Source of the DNA: Nannocystis bainbridge
GTDB lineage: Bacteria > Myxococcota_A > Polyangia > Nannocystales > Nannocystaceae
Reading direction: 5' to 3'
Assembly (NCBI RefSeq): GCF_028368995.1
Contig: NZ_JAQNDL010000002.1
Span: 160,001 to 224,000 of the forward strand
DNA: 64,000 nucleotides
Every line of letters begins with the position of its first letter. Positions within the stretch are counted from its first letter, which is position 1. The position numbers and the translations under genes are program-made. The notes beneath the pieces were generated by a model, which had not been told where the DNA came from, did no database searches, and saw nothing but the letters and a program-made list of their open reading frames with translations. Shown piece by piece: positions 1 through 10,723 of the stretch.

Positions 1-85
1 TCTGGAGGGGCATGTCCCCAGGGGCATGTCTGCGGGGACATGTCTCAGAAGGGGCATGTCTGATGGGACATGTTCCAGAGGAACA
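1..85. repeat. Tandem array of 14-bp palindromic units (TGYYY-N4-RRRCA), truncated by the window edge
   Basis: CATG junctions at 11, 25, 39, 55, 69 (spacing 14,14,16,14); units such as TGTCC-CCAG-GGGCA and TGTCT-GATG-GGACA. Confidence 0.9.
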
Positions 86-174
86 GCAGCGGGCGTCACG
101 CCTGGCGGCGCCATCGCGTCACGCGTGGAGCGCGGGCGCCATCGCGTAGAGCGGCCTTCGGGGAGCGCCGGAGC

Positions 175-286
175 TGTTCACAGGGACATGCTCGATCGAG
201 CATGCCCTGGCGGGCATGTCTGAACAGACATGTCCTGGCGGACATGTCTGAACGGCCATGTCCTGGCGGACATGCCCGTTCGGGCA
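175..286. repeat. Tandem array of eight 14-bp palindromic units
   Basis: Units start at 175,189,203,217,231,245,259,273; six have perfect 5-bp inverted arms; ends 2 nt from the ggt stop codon. Confidence 0.95.
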
Positions 287-288
287 GC

Positions 289-1902
289 TCACTCGCCGCC
301 GAGGCAGACGCCGTCGCGGCGGGGGTCGCCGAAGCCGACCAGGCGGCCGTCCCGGGTGCGCTGGACGGTGTGCACGCCGCCGAAGAACATGTTGAGCTCG
401 GGCCAGGCGGTGGTGCGGGCGAACAGGCCGGCGAGGGCCTCGGCGGCGGCGGGCGAGAAGCCGGCCTCGAAGCTGACGTGGTCGTCCTCGACGTGGATCC
501 GCGGGGCGGCGATCGCCTCGGCCAGCGGCATGCCGAAGTCGAGCACGTTGGAGACGACCTGCAGGACGGCGGTGCGGATCCGCTTGGAGCCGCCGCTGCC
601 GCACACGAGCAGGCTGCCGTCGTCGCCGACGATCGCGGTCGGCGACATCATCGACGCCAGCCGCTGGTCGAGCGGCCAGGCGTGCGGGCCGGGCGGGTTC
701 ACGTCGTCCTCGCCGAGCATGTTGTTGAGCATCATGCCGGTGCCGGGCACGATCTCGCCGCAGCCCTCGCCGTTGCTGACGGTCACCGAAGCGGCGTTGC
801 CGGCGGCGTCGATGACGCTGATGTGGGTGGTGCCGCGGCTGCGCAGCGGGCCGGCCAGGGCGGCGGCGTGGGCCGCCAGCAGGTCGCCGCCGAGCCAGAC
901 CGCCTCGATGCCCTCGCGCGGCGGGCCGGCGGCCGCGCGGGCGCGCACGGTCTCGGCCTGGACGCGGGCCAGCAGGGCCGCGTGCTCGGCTGTCTGAAAG
1001 CCCATGGCCTTCGGGTCATGTCCCGAGAGCAAGGCGAGGGCAAAGGCGATCATCAGCCCGCCGGCGGCCGGCGGCGGGTTGGTCAGCAGGGTGGCGTCGC
1101 GGTAGCGCAGGCGCAGCGGGGCGCGGGCCTGGACGCGGTAGGCGGCGAGGTCGTCGGCGGTGAGGTGACCGCCGGCCTCGCGGTTCTGGCGGACGATCGC
1201 GGCGGCGACGTCGCCGCGGTAGAACAGGTCCTCGCCCTCGCGCGCGAGCTGCTCGAGCATGTCCCCGAGGACAGGATTGAAGAGGCGCGCGCCGGCCTTG
1301 GGCGGCGCCGGGGCGCCGCTCAGCGTGGCCGTGGGGTCGCCGAAGATCGCGCGCGCGGCCGGCTGCTCGAGGTAGATCGGCGCGACCAGCGTCATGAGGT
1401 ACGCCATGAACGGCGACACGGCGATGCCGTCGCGGGCAGCCTGCACGGCCGGGGCGGTGATGACGGGCATCGGCAGGCGCGCGAGCTCGCGGTGGACCGC
1501 GAACATGCCGGCGACGAGGCCCGGCGTGGCGGCGCAGCCGACCCCGACGTGGAACGCCTGCTGCGCGGTGCCCCAGTCGGTGACCACCTCGCGCGCGCAC
1601 GCCTCGGCCTGCGGCCGGCGCACCCGCGGGGTGTGCACGAAGGCGTCGTAGAGCCGCGGCTCCTGGCCGGCCGGGAGCGCGAGGATGAAGCCGCCGCCGC
1701 CGGGCGAGGCGAGCACCGGCTCGGCGACGCAGGCGGCCATCAGCGCCGCGAGCACGGCGTCGAACGCGTTGCCACCGGCCGCGAGCGCGTGCATCGCGGC
1801 CGCGGCGGTGACGGGGTGACCGGCAGCGACGCAGCCGCGGCGGTCGTGATGGATCTCGGGTGGCGTGTCCGGTGTGTAACGTGCGTGAGGGGTCGCGCGC
1901 AA
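289..1902 (-). CDS. ggt: Gamma-glutamyltransferase family protein
   Basis: GGNAFDA, EPVLASPGGGGF, autoproteolytic TTHISVID, NNMLGE, SMMSPT, GSGGSKRI and terminal DPRRDG motifs. Start codon uncertain. Confidence 0.92.
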   Translation of the reverse strand: MRATPHARYTPDTPPEIHHDRRGCVAAGHPVTAAAAMHALAAGGNAFDAVLAALMAACVAEPVLASPGGGGFILALPAGQEPRLYDAFVHTPRVRRPQAEACAREVVTDWGTAQQAFHVGVGCAATPGLVAGMFAVHRELARLPMPVITAPAVQAARDGIAVSPFMAYLMTLVAPIYLEQPAARAIFGDPTATLSGAPAPPKAGARLFNPVLGDMLEQLAREGEDLFYRGDVAAAIVRQNREAGGHLTADDLAAYRVQARAPLRLRYRDATLLTNPPPAAGGLMIAFALALLSGHDPKAMGFQTAEHAALLARVQAETVRARAAAGPPREGIEAVWLGGDLLAAHAAALAGPLRSRGTTHISVIDAAGNAASVTVSNGEGCGEIVPGTGMMLNNMLGEDDVNPPGPHAWPLDQRLASMMSPTAIVGDDGSLLVCGSGGSKRIRTAVLQVVSNVLDFGMPLAEAIAAPRIHVEDDHVSFEAGFSPAAAEALAGLFARTTAWPELNMFFGGVHTVQRTRDGRLVGFGDPRRDGVCLGGE

Positions 1903-1945
1903 CGGCGCTTGGCGCGTCGGGTAGGCGTCGGTATCCTCGCCGCCG

Positions 1946-2866
1946 ATGTCGACCCCGCATCCTGCTTCGCCCGAGGCCCGTGATCGTCTGGTGTTGGGAG
2001 TGGTCGGTGGCTCGGGGCTCTACGAGATCGAGGGGCTGCAGGAGGTCGAGCAGATCGCGCTCGAGACGCCGTTCGGACGACCGTCCGACTCCTACACCGT
2101 GGGGCTGCTGCCGCGGGACGGCGGGCTGCCGCCGGTGCGCGCGGTGTTCTTGCCGCGGCACGGGCGCGGGCACCTGTTGCTGCCGTCCGAGATCAACTTC
2201 CGCGCCAACGTCCACGGCTTCAAGCAGCTCGGCGTGACCCACCTGCTCAGCGTGTCGGCGGTCGGGTCGCTGCGCGAGGACATCGCCCCCGGCGACGTCG
2301 TCATCGCCGATCAGTTCATCGATCGCACGGCCGGTCGGGCCCAGACCTTCTTCGGCGGCGGGCTGGTCGCGCACGTGCAGATGGGCGACCCGGTCGACCC
2401 CGGCTTCTCGCGGCGGGTCGCCGGCGCGGCCGCGGCCGAGGGCGCGCGAGTCCACGAAGGCGGCACCTGCATCGTCATGGAGGGCCCGGCTTTCTCGACC
2501 CGCGCCGAGTCCAACCTGTACCGCTCGTGGGGCGCGCACGTGATCGGCATGACTGCGCTGCCGGAGGCCAAGCTGGCCCGCGAGGCCGAGATCGCCTACG
2601 CCGTGGTCGCGCTGGCCACCGACTACGACTGCTGGCACGAGGTCGAGGTCAGCGTCGAGGCCGTGATCGCGGTGGTCAAGGCCAACGTGGCGCTGTCGCG
2701 GCGGATCATCCGCCGCCTCGCGGCCGGGCTGCCCGAGGCCACCGCCGAGCTGCCGTACCCGCGCGCGCTGCAGTTCGCGACGATCACCGATCCGGCGCGC
2801 ATTCCGGCCGAGGCGCGCAGGCGGCTCGACCTGATCGCCGGCCACGTGCTGCCGCCGTCCGAATGA
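1946..2866 (+). CDS. mtnP: S-methyl-5'-thioadenosine phosphorylase
   Basis: GVVGGSGLY, FLPRHGRGH, NFRAN, EGPAFSTRAES, GMT, ATDYDCW motifs. Confidence 0.93.
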   Translation: MSTPHPASPEARDRLVLGVVGGSGLYEIEGLQEVEQIALETPFGRPSDSYTVGLLPRDGGLPPVRAVFLPRHGRGHLLLPSEINFRANVHGFKQLGVTHLLSVSAVGSLREDIAPGDVVIADQFIDRTAGRAQTFFGGGLVAHVQMGDPVDPGFSRRVAGAAAAEGARVHEGGTCIVMEGPAFSTRAESNLYRSWGAHVIGMTALPEAKLAREAEIAYAVVALATDYDCWHEVEVSVEAVIAVVKANVALSRRIIRRLAAGLPEATAELPYPRALQFATITDPARIPAEARRRLDLIAGHVLPPSE

Positions 2867-2868
2867 GA

Positions 2869-2938
2869 TGTCCCGTGGGACATGCGCCGATGGCCATGTC
2901 CCGCAGCGCCTGTCCCTACAGGCATGTCTGAACGAACA
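2869..2938. repeat. Array of five 14-bp units filling most of the mtnP-pfkB spacer
   Basis: Units at 2869 (TGTCC-CGTG-GGACA), 2883, 2897, 2911, 2925; starts 2 nt after the mtnP stop. Confidence 0.9.
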
Positions 2939-2955
2939 GGAACGAAGAGAGAGCC

Positions 2956-3897
<942 letters not shown>

Positions 3898-3938
3898 GCT
3901 GGAGCGTCGGTCCGCGAATTGCCGACTGCGCCTCGCGG

Positions 3939-4039
3939 GGGGTCCGGGGAAGGGGCGGCCGCGAGTTAACCGGCAGGATGGCTGCTCGCTCCTCGCGCCG
4001 TCCTGCCTCTAATTCGCGTCCGCCCCTTCCCCGGACCCC
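3939..4039. repeat. Long inverted repeat (~100-nt hairpin) between convergent genes
   Basis: Perfect 20-bp arms GGGGTCCGGGGAAGGGGCGG (3939-3958) and CCGCCCCTTCCCCGGACCCC (4020-4039); inner pairing continues (CGCGAGTTA/TAATTCGCG, GGCAGGATGGC/GCCGTCCTGCC). Confidence 0.85.
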
Positions 4040-4240
4040 TGGCACGGCTACAGCCGTGAGGAGCCGCCGCGCCGAGTTCGGCTTCGATGGGGAGCCTGAT
4101 CTTTGCAGCAGGACGTCGGCGTCGATGCGACGGCCAGGTCTGGCCGGCGCATCGACGCTTTCTCGCGTCCTCGCCCGGCGTGGCCCAGTCCGCGGTGCGG
4201 CCGATCTGTCGCGCGTGGCGCTGCCCTGCGGCTGCGCGGA

Positions 4241-4789
4241 TCAGGCCGTGACCAGCGAGTCGCGGGTGATCGCGCCCTCGACGGTGTCGCCGCCGATCGA
4301 GACGTAGAGCCGGCCGTCGGTGCGCACGAGCTCGAGCTTGGCCTTGCGGTCGAGCCGGGCCTCGAGGGCGTCGAGGAAGGCGGGCTCGAGCAGCCACACG
4401 GCGATCGTGTCGGCCTTGTGGATCGCGCCGCCGGCGGCGTCGCGGCGCAATTGCGTGAGCGAGGCGGCGGTGAACAGCGAGACCTGGCGCGCGGCCTTGG
4501 TGGCCTTGTGGAGGCGCTCGGCGGCGGGGGTGCCGACGTCGATCCACTCGAGCAGGATGCCGGTCGGATCGCGGATGGCGATCGGCGGGTCGTCGGTCGA
4601 GGCGATGCCGTCCTTGCTGAACGCGATGCCCTCGGCGTGGCTCAGGCAGTAGGCGATCGTCCGCGTCCACATGAAGCGCGGGCTCTCCGACGGGTGCCGG
4701 GCGATCCGCAGGTCGAGGTCCTCGTAGACGCCGCGGTCGATGTCCGAGAGGTTGATGTGCAGGTTGTAGAGCGTCGCGGTCAACGCCAT
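4241..4789 (-). CDS. yaeQ: YaeQ family protein
   Basis: MALTATLY...LSDIDRGVY...ARHPSES...WIDVGTP...RLHKA matches YaeQ; start trimmed to ATG 4789. Confidence 0.88.
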   Translation of the reverse strand: MALTATLYNLHINLSDIDRGVYEDLDLRIARHPSESPRFMWTRTIAYCLSHAEGIAFSKDGIASTDDPPIAIRDPTGILLEWIDVGTPAAERLHKATKAARQVSLFTAASLTQLRRDAAGGAIHKADTIAVWLLEPAFLDALEARLDRKAKLELVRTDGRLYVSIGGDTVEGAITRDSLVTA

Positions 4790-5023
4790 GCGCATGACTA
4801 CCACGGATGGTGGCGCCGCCGCCGGGCCGCCGGGCGTTCGGCGTGCGAGGGCTGGCGTCGAAGGTCGCGGGCGGGCCGCTCGGCGGTGCACGGGCCCGAC
4901 GAGCCCTTCGGCGCAGCACGCGGACGGGCGGGAGGCGAAGCCCGAGCGGAGCCTTGACGGACCGAGCCGCGGGTCTCCTCGGGTCCGGTGGCCTTCGATC
5001 CGCGGCCGCGCCACGCTGCTCGC

Positions 5024-8000
5024 ATGGGCGACGCAGGGACAGCGGACCCAGCCAAGTACCTCGTCACCGGGCTGCTCCGCGAGAGCTCCGGCGCCTGCAT
5101 CTACCGCGCGGTTCGAGTCGAGGACGATCGCGCGGTGGTCATCAAGACGGTCGACCCGCGGCTCTGTCCGGCGCGGGAGCTCGAGCGGCTGCGGGCGGAG
5201 TACGAGCTCGGGCGCGCGCTGGACCTCGCGGTCACTGTCAAGCCGATCGCGCTCGACACCTATCGCGGGCTGCCGGCGCTGGTGCTCGAGCACTTCGACG
5301 GGGTGTTCCTCGAGCAGCTGCTGACGACAGAGCCGCTGGCGATCGAGCGCTTCCTGACGCTGGCGATCGCCATCGCCGGCGCGGTCGAGGCGCTGCACCG
5401 GCGCGACGTGGTCCACATGGATCTCCGGCCGGACAACATCGTGGTCGATCCGGAGCGCGGCGAGGTCAAGCTCGCCAACCTGGGGAGCCCCGGTACGCTG
5501 CAGGACGCCTCGCGGCCGGCGCAGAGCCCCGGGATCCCGACCGAATCACTGGCGTACATGTCGCCCGAGCAGACCGGGCGGCTGAACCGCCCGCTCGACT
5601 GCCGCACCGACCTTTATTCGCTGGGCGTCACGTTCTATCGGATGCTGACGGGGCGCCTACCGTTCCGCGCCCGCGATCCGCTCGAGTGGGTGCACTGCCA
5701 CCTGGCGCGACGGGTGACGCCGCCGGCGTCGCTGCGGCCGGCGGTGCCGGCGGCGGTGTCGGCGATCGTGGTCAAGCTGCTGGCCAAGGTGGCGGAGGAC
5801 CGCTACCAGAGCGCGCGCGGGCTCCGTTGCGATCTCGAGCGGTGCCTGGCCGAGTGGCGGGAGCACGGGCGCGTCGAGGCGTTCCCGCTCGGCGAAGATG
5901 ACCTGTCCGAACGGCCATCCGAGCCGCAGGAGCTGGTCGGCCGCGAGCGCGAGCTGGCCGCCCTGACCGGCGCGTTCGAGGCGATGCTCGAGACCGGCGC
6001 GCCGGGGCTGGTGTGCGTGTCGGGTTATTCGGGGATCGGCAAGTCGTCGCTGGTCCACCGGCTGCGGCGGCCGATCGCGCAGGCGCGCGGCTATTTTCTC
6101 GCCGGCAAGTTCGATCAGTACCAGCGCGGCATCCCGTACGCGACGATCTCACAGGCGTTCCGCGGGCTGGTTCACGACATCCTCGCCGAGCCGGAGGCGC
6201 GGGTGGGCGAGTGGCGCGCACGACTGACGGCGGCGCTCGGGCTGAACGCGCGGCTGTGCGTCGACATCATCCCGGAGCTGGCGCTCATCGTCGGCGAGCA
6301 GCCGCCGGTGTCGGAGCTGTCGGGGACGGAGGCGCAGCTCCGGTTTCACCGCGTGTTCCGACAATTCGTCGCGGTGTTCGCGGCCCGGGAGCATCCGGTG
6401 GCGCTGTTCCTCGACGACCTGCAGTGGGTCGATCCGGCCAGCCTCGCGCTGCTCGTCGATCTGATCACGCACCCCGACGTGCACCACTTCTTGTGGATCG
6501 CGGCGTACCGCGACAACGAGGTGACGACCGGGCACCCGTTGCTGGCGGCGCTGGACGAGGTGCGAGCGGCGAAGGTGCCGGTCCGCGTCATCGAGCTCGC
6601 TCCGCTGACCGAAGAGAACGTCGTAGCGATCGTCAGCGCGACCTTCGGCGGCCGCGTGCGCGGGGCGGAGGACCTGGCGCGGCTCGTGCACGACAAGACC
6701 GGCGGCAACCCGTTCTTCGCCTTGCAGTTCCTGAGCATGCTGCACCGGGAGGGGCTGGTCGCGCTCGACCTGTCCTCGGGGACATGGTCCGGAGACCTGC
6801 CGCGGATCCGCGCCAAGACCTCGACGAGCAACGTCGCCGAGCTGGTGGTGGGCAACCTGCAGCAGCTGTCCGCGTCGGCGCAGGAGGCCCTCGAGCTCGC
6901 CGCGTGCCTCGGCGGCGTGACCGAGGTCGAGCTGCTCGCGGCGCTCGGCGGGCGGTCCGCGGAGGCGGTGCAGGGCGACCTGAAGGCGGCGGTCCGCGCG
7001 GGCCTGATGCTGCGCGACGGCGACGCCTACAAGTTCGCGCACGACCGGGTGCAGGAGGCGGCGTTCTCCCTCATGCCGGCGCACGAGCGGGCGGCGGTGC
7101 ACCTGCGGGTCGGGCGGCTGCTGCTGGATCGCCTGTCGCACGAGCAGCTGGAGGCGCGGGTGTTCGAGGTCGCCGGTCACTTCGAGCGCGGCGGGCACCT
7201 GCTCGACGGCGCGGAGGAGCGGGTTCGGGTCGCCGAGGTCCAGCTGGCGGCCGGGCGCAAGGCGAGGGCCTCGACCGCCTACGCGGCGGCCGTGCGCTAC
7301 TTCTCGGCGGGGATCGAGCTGCTCGGGCCGGAGGCGTGGGCCGAGCAGCACGCGCTGGCGTTCGCGCTGGGGTTCGGCCAGGCCGAATGTGAGTACCTGC
7401 AGGGCCGATTCGAAGCGGCGGAGGAGCGATTCGCGGCGCTGTTCGAGCGCGCCCGCACGCGCGGCGAACGGGCGGAGATCCGGCGGGTGGAGGTCGATCT
7501 TTTCACCAGCCGGCAGGAGCTGCGCACGGCGGTCGAGCGCGGGCTCGACGGCCTGCGACTGCTCGGCGTCGAGGTGGCGCCGCACCCGACGCGGGCGCAG
7601 GTGCTGGCCGAGGTGCAGGCGATCTGGGACGCCATGGGCGAGCGACGGATCGAGGACCTGATCGATCTGCCGCCGCTCACGGACCCGGACATGCGCGCGG
7701 CGCTGGCGATCCTCGCGGTGCTGTTCGCGCCGACGCTCAACACCGATCCCCATCTGCCGGCGCTCTGTTACTGCCGCATGGTCGAGATCAGCCTCCGCCA
7801 CGGCAACGGCGACGGCTCCGCGCTCGGCTACGCGTACTTCGGGATGGTGCTGGGCCCGGCGTTCGGCCGCTATCACGCGGGCTATCGCTTCGGCGAGCTC
7901 GGGTACGCGCTGGCCGAGCGCAGCGGGGTGATGGCGTACCGCGCCAAGCTTCACTTTATCTTCGGCGATTGCATCCGCTTCTGGACGCGACACCTGCGGG

Positions 8001-10723
8001 GCGCGCTCCGCTACCTCGAGATCGCGTTCCAGTCGGCGCGCGAGACCGGCGACCTCACCTTCGCCTGCTACTGCTGCAATCACTACGTGACCGACCTGCT
8101 GGTCCTCGGCGAGCCGCTCGATCAGGTCGAGCGCGAGACGGAGCGGCGGCTGAAGTTCACGCGCGACGCCAGGTTCGCCGGCTCGTCGCAGGTGCTGATC
8201 GGGATCCAGCGGCTGGTCCGCAACCTCCAGGGGCGGACGTCGAGCCCGGCGAGCTTCGGCGACGAGGCGTTCGACGACGTGGCCTATCAGGCGATGATCG
8301 ACGATTCGCCGTGGCGGGTGGTCGCGTGCTGGTATGCCATCCAGAAGCTGCAGGCGCGGTTCTTGTGGGGTGACCACGCGGGGGCGCTGGCGGCGGGCGA
8401 TCGCGCGGCGCCGCTGCTGTGGTGCTCGCTGGCGCATATCCAGGAGCCGGAGTACTGGTATTATTATGCGCTGGCGCTGGCGGCTTCGGTGTCGGGCGGG
8501 ACGCCGCAGCGGCAGCAGGAGGCGCTCACGGTGCTCGCGCGGCACGAGGCGAAGCTGGCCGGGTGGGCGGCAGCGGGTCCGGAGAACTTCGGCCACAAGC
8601 ACGCGCTGGTGGCCGCCGAGATCGCCCGACTCGAGGGCCGGGACCACGACGCGCTGGCTTGCTACGACCGCGCGATCGCGGGGGCGCGCGCGCACGGCTT
8701 CGTCAACAATCAGGCGGTCGGCGACGAGCTGCTGGCCGGCTTCTACCGCGAGCGCGGGCTGGCGGCGCTGGCGGTGACGCACTTGCGGGCCGCCCGGGCC
8801 GGCTACGCGCGGTGGGGGGCGCACGGCAAGGTCCGCCAGCTCGACGCGCAGGATCCGGGCGCGATCGACGTCGGCCAGCGCCGCGGCGGATTCGGCGACA
8901 CGGTCACGGCGGAGCACATCGATCTGCTGGCGGTGGCCCAGGCGTCGCAGTCGATCTCCAGCGAGATGGTGGAGGAGAAGCTGCTCCGCCGGCTGCTCGC
9001 GGTGGTGCTCGAGCAGAGCGGGGCGCGTACGGCCCACCTGATCGCGGTCCGGCACGGCGAGCTGACGCTGACGGCGAGCGCGACGCTCGACGAGTCAGGG
9101 ATGCGCGCCGATCTGCGACCGCGAGGCCCCGGCGAGCTGGGTCGCGTGGTGCCGTCGTCGATCGTGCAGTACGTCCACCGCACCGGCGAGCAGGTGCTCC
9201 TCGACGACGCGCGCGCCGACCCGGGTCGATTTGGCCGCGACGAGTACGTGGCGCAAGCGCAGCCGCGCTCGCTGCTGTGCTTCCCCATCCGCCGCCGCGG
9301 GGCGGTGCAGGATGTCCTCTGTCTCGAGAACAGCCTGGTCCCGAGCGCGTTCCGCCGCGAGCAGCTGACGGTGCTGGAGCTGCTCGCGGCCCAGGCGGCC
9401 ATCTCGCTGGAGAACGCGACGCTGCTGGCCCAGGAGCAGGCGGCCCGCCAGGCGGCCGAGGCGGACCAGCGGCGCGCGACGTTCCTCGGCGACGCGAGCA
9501 AGCTGCTCGGCGAGTCGCTCGATCACGAGGAGGTGCTGCATCGATTGGCCGATATGTGCGTGCGATCGTTCGCCGACTGGTGCGTCATCGATGTCGTCGA
9601 GGACGGCGCGATCCGCCGCTTGACGTGGCCGCCGGCCGATCCGGCGCAGGCGGCCCTGCTGGCCGAATTGCGCTCGCGCTACCCGCCGGGCATGCATTCG
9701 CCGCACCCGTCCGCGCACGCGATCCGTACCGGCGAGGCGCTCCGCCTCGAGAGGAGCGAGGAGACGCTGACGCGCTACTGCGTCGACGCGGGCCACGCCC
9801 GGATCCTGCGCGAGCTCGGGGTCGAGTCGGCGATCGTCGCGCCGCTGACGGTGGGCTCGCGGATCGTCGGCGCCATCACGCTCGCCTCGGCTCGGCCGGG
9901 CTTCCGCTACGCGCCCGCGGACCTCGAGCTGCTGATCGAGCTGGCCCGGCGCGCGGCGATCGCGATCGACAACGCCCGGCTGTATCGCCAGACCCAGGCG
10001 GCGCTGCGGCTGCGCGACGAGTTCCTGTCGGTCGCCTCGCACGAGCTGCGCACGCCGATGACATCGCTGACGCTCGCGCTGCAGACGCTCGCCAGGCGGA
10101 CGCCGGCCGGCACGCCGCTCGATCCGCAGGTGGCGGGCAAGCTGATCGACCTGGCCATCCGGCAGTCGGGGCGGATGAACCGTCTGATCGGCGACCTCCT
10201 CGATGTCTCGCGCATCGAGACCTGGCAGCTGGCGCTGGCGCTGGCGGAGGTCGAGCTGTGCGGCCTGGTGCGCGAGGTCGTGGCCCGGTTCCAGCCCGAC
10301 CTGGTGCGCGCCCGGAGTGCCGCGAAGATCCGCGCCGAGGGGCCGGTGATCGGCCGCTGGGACCGTTCGCGGATCGAGCAGGTCATCTCCAACATTTTGG
10401 CCAACGCGGCCAAGTTCGGGGCCGGCGCGCCGATCGAGATCGCGGTCGAGCGGGTCGACGATGTCGCGCGGGTGACGGTCCGCGACCACGGGATCGGCAT
10501 CGAACCGGACCGCATGCCGCGGATCTTCGAGCGCTTCGAACGCGGCGTGTCGGCCCAGAACTACGGCGGACTGGGGCTGGGGCTGTACATCGCCCGGAGG
10601 ATCGTCGAGGGTCACGGCGGCTCGCTGCGCGCCACCAGCACGCCGGGCGAGGGCTCGACCTTCACGCTCGAGCTGCCGTGCGAGCGGTCGCCGGGCGCGG
10701 CGGAGGGGGGCCTCGCGGCATGA
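5024..10723 (+). CDS. Multidomain Ser/Thr kinase-like / AAA ATPase / GAF-GAF / histidine kinase sensor
   Basis: N-terminal kinase fold (YMSPEQTGR, DLYSLG), Walker A GYSGIGKS, Walker B FLDDLQW, GGNPFF, two GAF-like regions, H-box SHELRTP, NAAKF, DHGIGI, GLGLGL. Start 5024 or 4988. Confidence 0.93.
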   Translation: MGDAGTADPAKYLVTGLLRESSGACIYRAVRVEDDRAVVIKTVDPRLCPARELERLRAEYELGRALDLAVTVKPIALDTYRGLPALVLEHFDGVFLEQLLTTEPLAIERFLTLAIAIAGAVEALHRRDVVHMDLRPDNIVVDPERGEVKLANLGSPGTLQDASRPAQSPGIPTESLAYMSPEQTGRLNRPLDCRTDLYSLGVTFYRMLTGRLPFRARDPLEWVHCHLARRVTPPASLRPAVPAAVSAIVVKLLAKVAEDRYQSARGLRCDLERCLAEWREHGRVEAFPLGEDDLSERPSEPQELVGRERELAALTGAFEAMLETGAPGLVCVSGYSGIGKSSLVHRLRRPIAQARGYFLAGKFDQYQRGIPYATISQAFRGLVHDILAEPEARVGEWRARLTAALGLNARLCVDIIPELALIVGEQPPVSELSGTEAQLRFHRVFRQFVAVFAAREHPVALFLDDLQWVDPASLALLVDLITHPDVHHFLWIAAYRDNEVTTGHPLLAALDEVRAAKVPVRVIELAPLTEENVVAIVSATFGGRVRGAEDLARLVHDKTGGNPFFALQFLSMLHREGLVALDLSSGTWSGDLPRIRAKTSTSNVAELVVGNLQQLSASAQEALELAACLGGVTEVELLAALGGRSAEAVQGDLKAAVRAGLMLRDGDAYKFAHDRVQEAAFSLMPAHERAAVHLRVGRLLLDRLSHEQLEARVFEVAGHFERGGHLLDGAEERVRVAEVQLAAGRKARASTAYAAAVRYFSAGIELLGPEAWAEQHALAFALGFGQAECEYLQGRFEAAEERFAALFERARTRGERAEIRRVEVDLFTSRQELRTAVERGLDGLRLLGVEVAPHPTRAQVLAEVQAIWDAMGERRIEDLIDLPPLTDPDMRAALAILAVLFAPTLNTDPHLPALCYCRMVEISLRHGNGDGSALGYAYFGMVLGPAFGRYHAGYRFGELGYALAERSGVMAYRAKLHFIFGDCIRFWTRHLRGALRYLEIAFQSARETGDLTFACYCCNHYVTDLLVLGEPLDQVERETERRLKFTRDARFAGSSQVLIGIQRLVRNLQGRTSSPASFGDEAFDDVAYQAMIDDSPWRVVACWYAIQKLQARFLWGDHAGALAAGDRAAPLLWCSLAHIQEPEYWYYYALALAASVSGGTPQRQQEALTVLARHEAKLAGWAAAGPENFGHKHALVAAEIARLEGRDHDALACYDRAIAGARAHGFVNNQAVGDELLAGFYRERGLAALAVTHLRAARAGYARWGAHGKVRQLDAQDPGAIDVGQRRGGFGDTVTAEHIDLLAVAQASQSISSEMVEEKLLRRLLAVVLEQSGARTAHLIAVRHGELTLTASATLDESGMRADLRPRGPGELGRVVPSSIVQYVHRTGEQVLLDDARADPGRFGRDEYVAQAQPRSLLCFPIRRRGAVQDVLCLENSLVPSAFRREQLTVLELLAAQAAISLENATLLAQEQAARQAAEADQRRATFLGDASKLLGESLDHEEVLHRLADMCVRSFADWCVIDVVEDGAIRRLTWPPADPAQAALLAELRSRYPPGMHSPHPSAHAIRTGEALRLERSEETLTRYCVDAGHARILRELGVESAIVAPLTVGSRIVGAITLASARPGFRYAPADLELLIELARRAAIAIDNARLYRQTQAALRLRDEFLSVASHELRTPMTSLTLALQTLARRTPAGTPLDPQVAGKLIDLAIRQSGRMNRLIGDLLDVSRIETWQLALALAEVELCGLVREVVARFQPDLVRARSAAKIRAEGPVIGRWDRSRIEQVISNILANAAKFGAGAPIEIAVERVDDVARVTVRDHGIGIEPDRMPRIFERFERGVSAQNYGGLGLGLYIARRIVEGHGGSLRATSTPGEGSTFTLELPCERSPGAAEGGLAA

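Noticed and set aside
175-286. 14-bp arrays as CRISPR or mini-CRISPR
   Set aside because: Units are 14 bp with 4-nt variable loops, there are no 25-45-nt spacers or identical repeats, and no cas genes.
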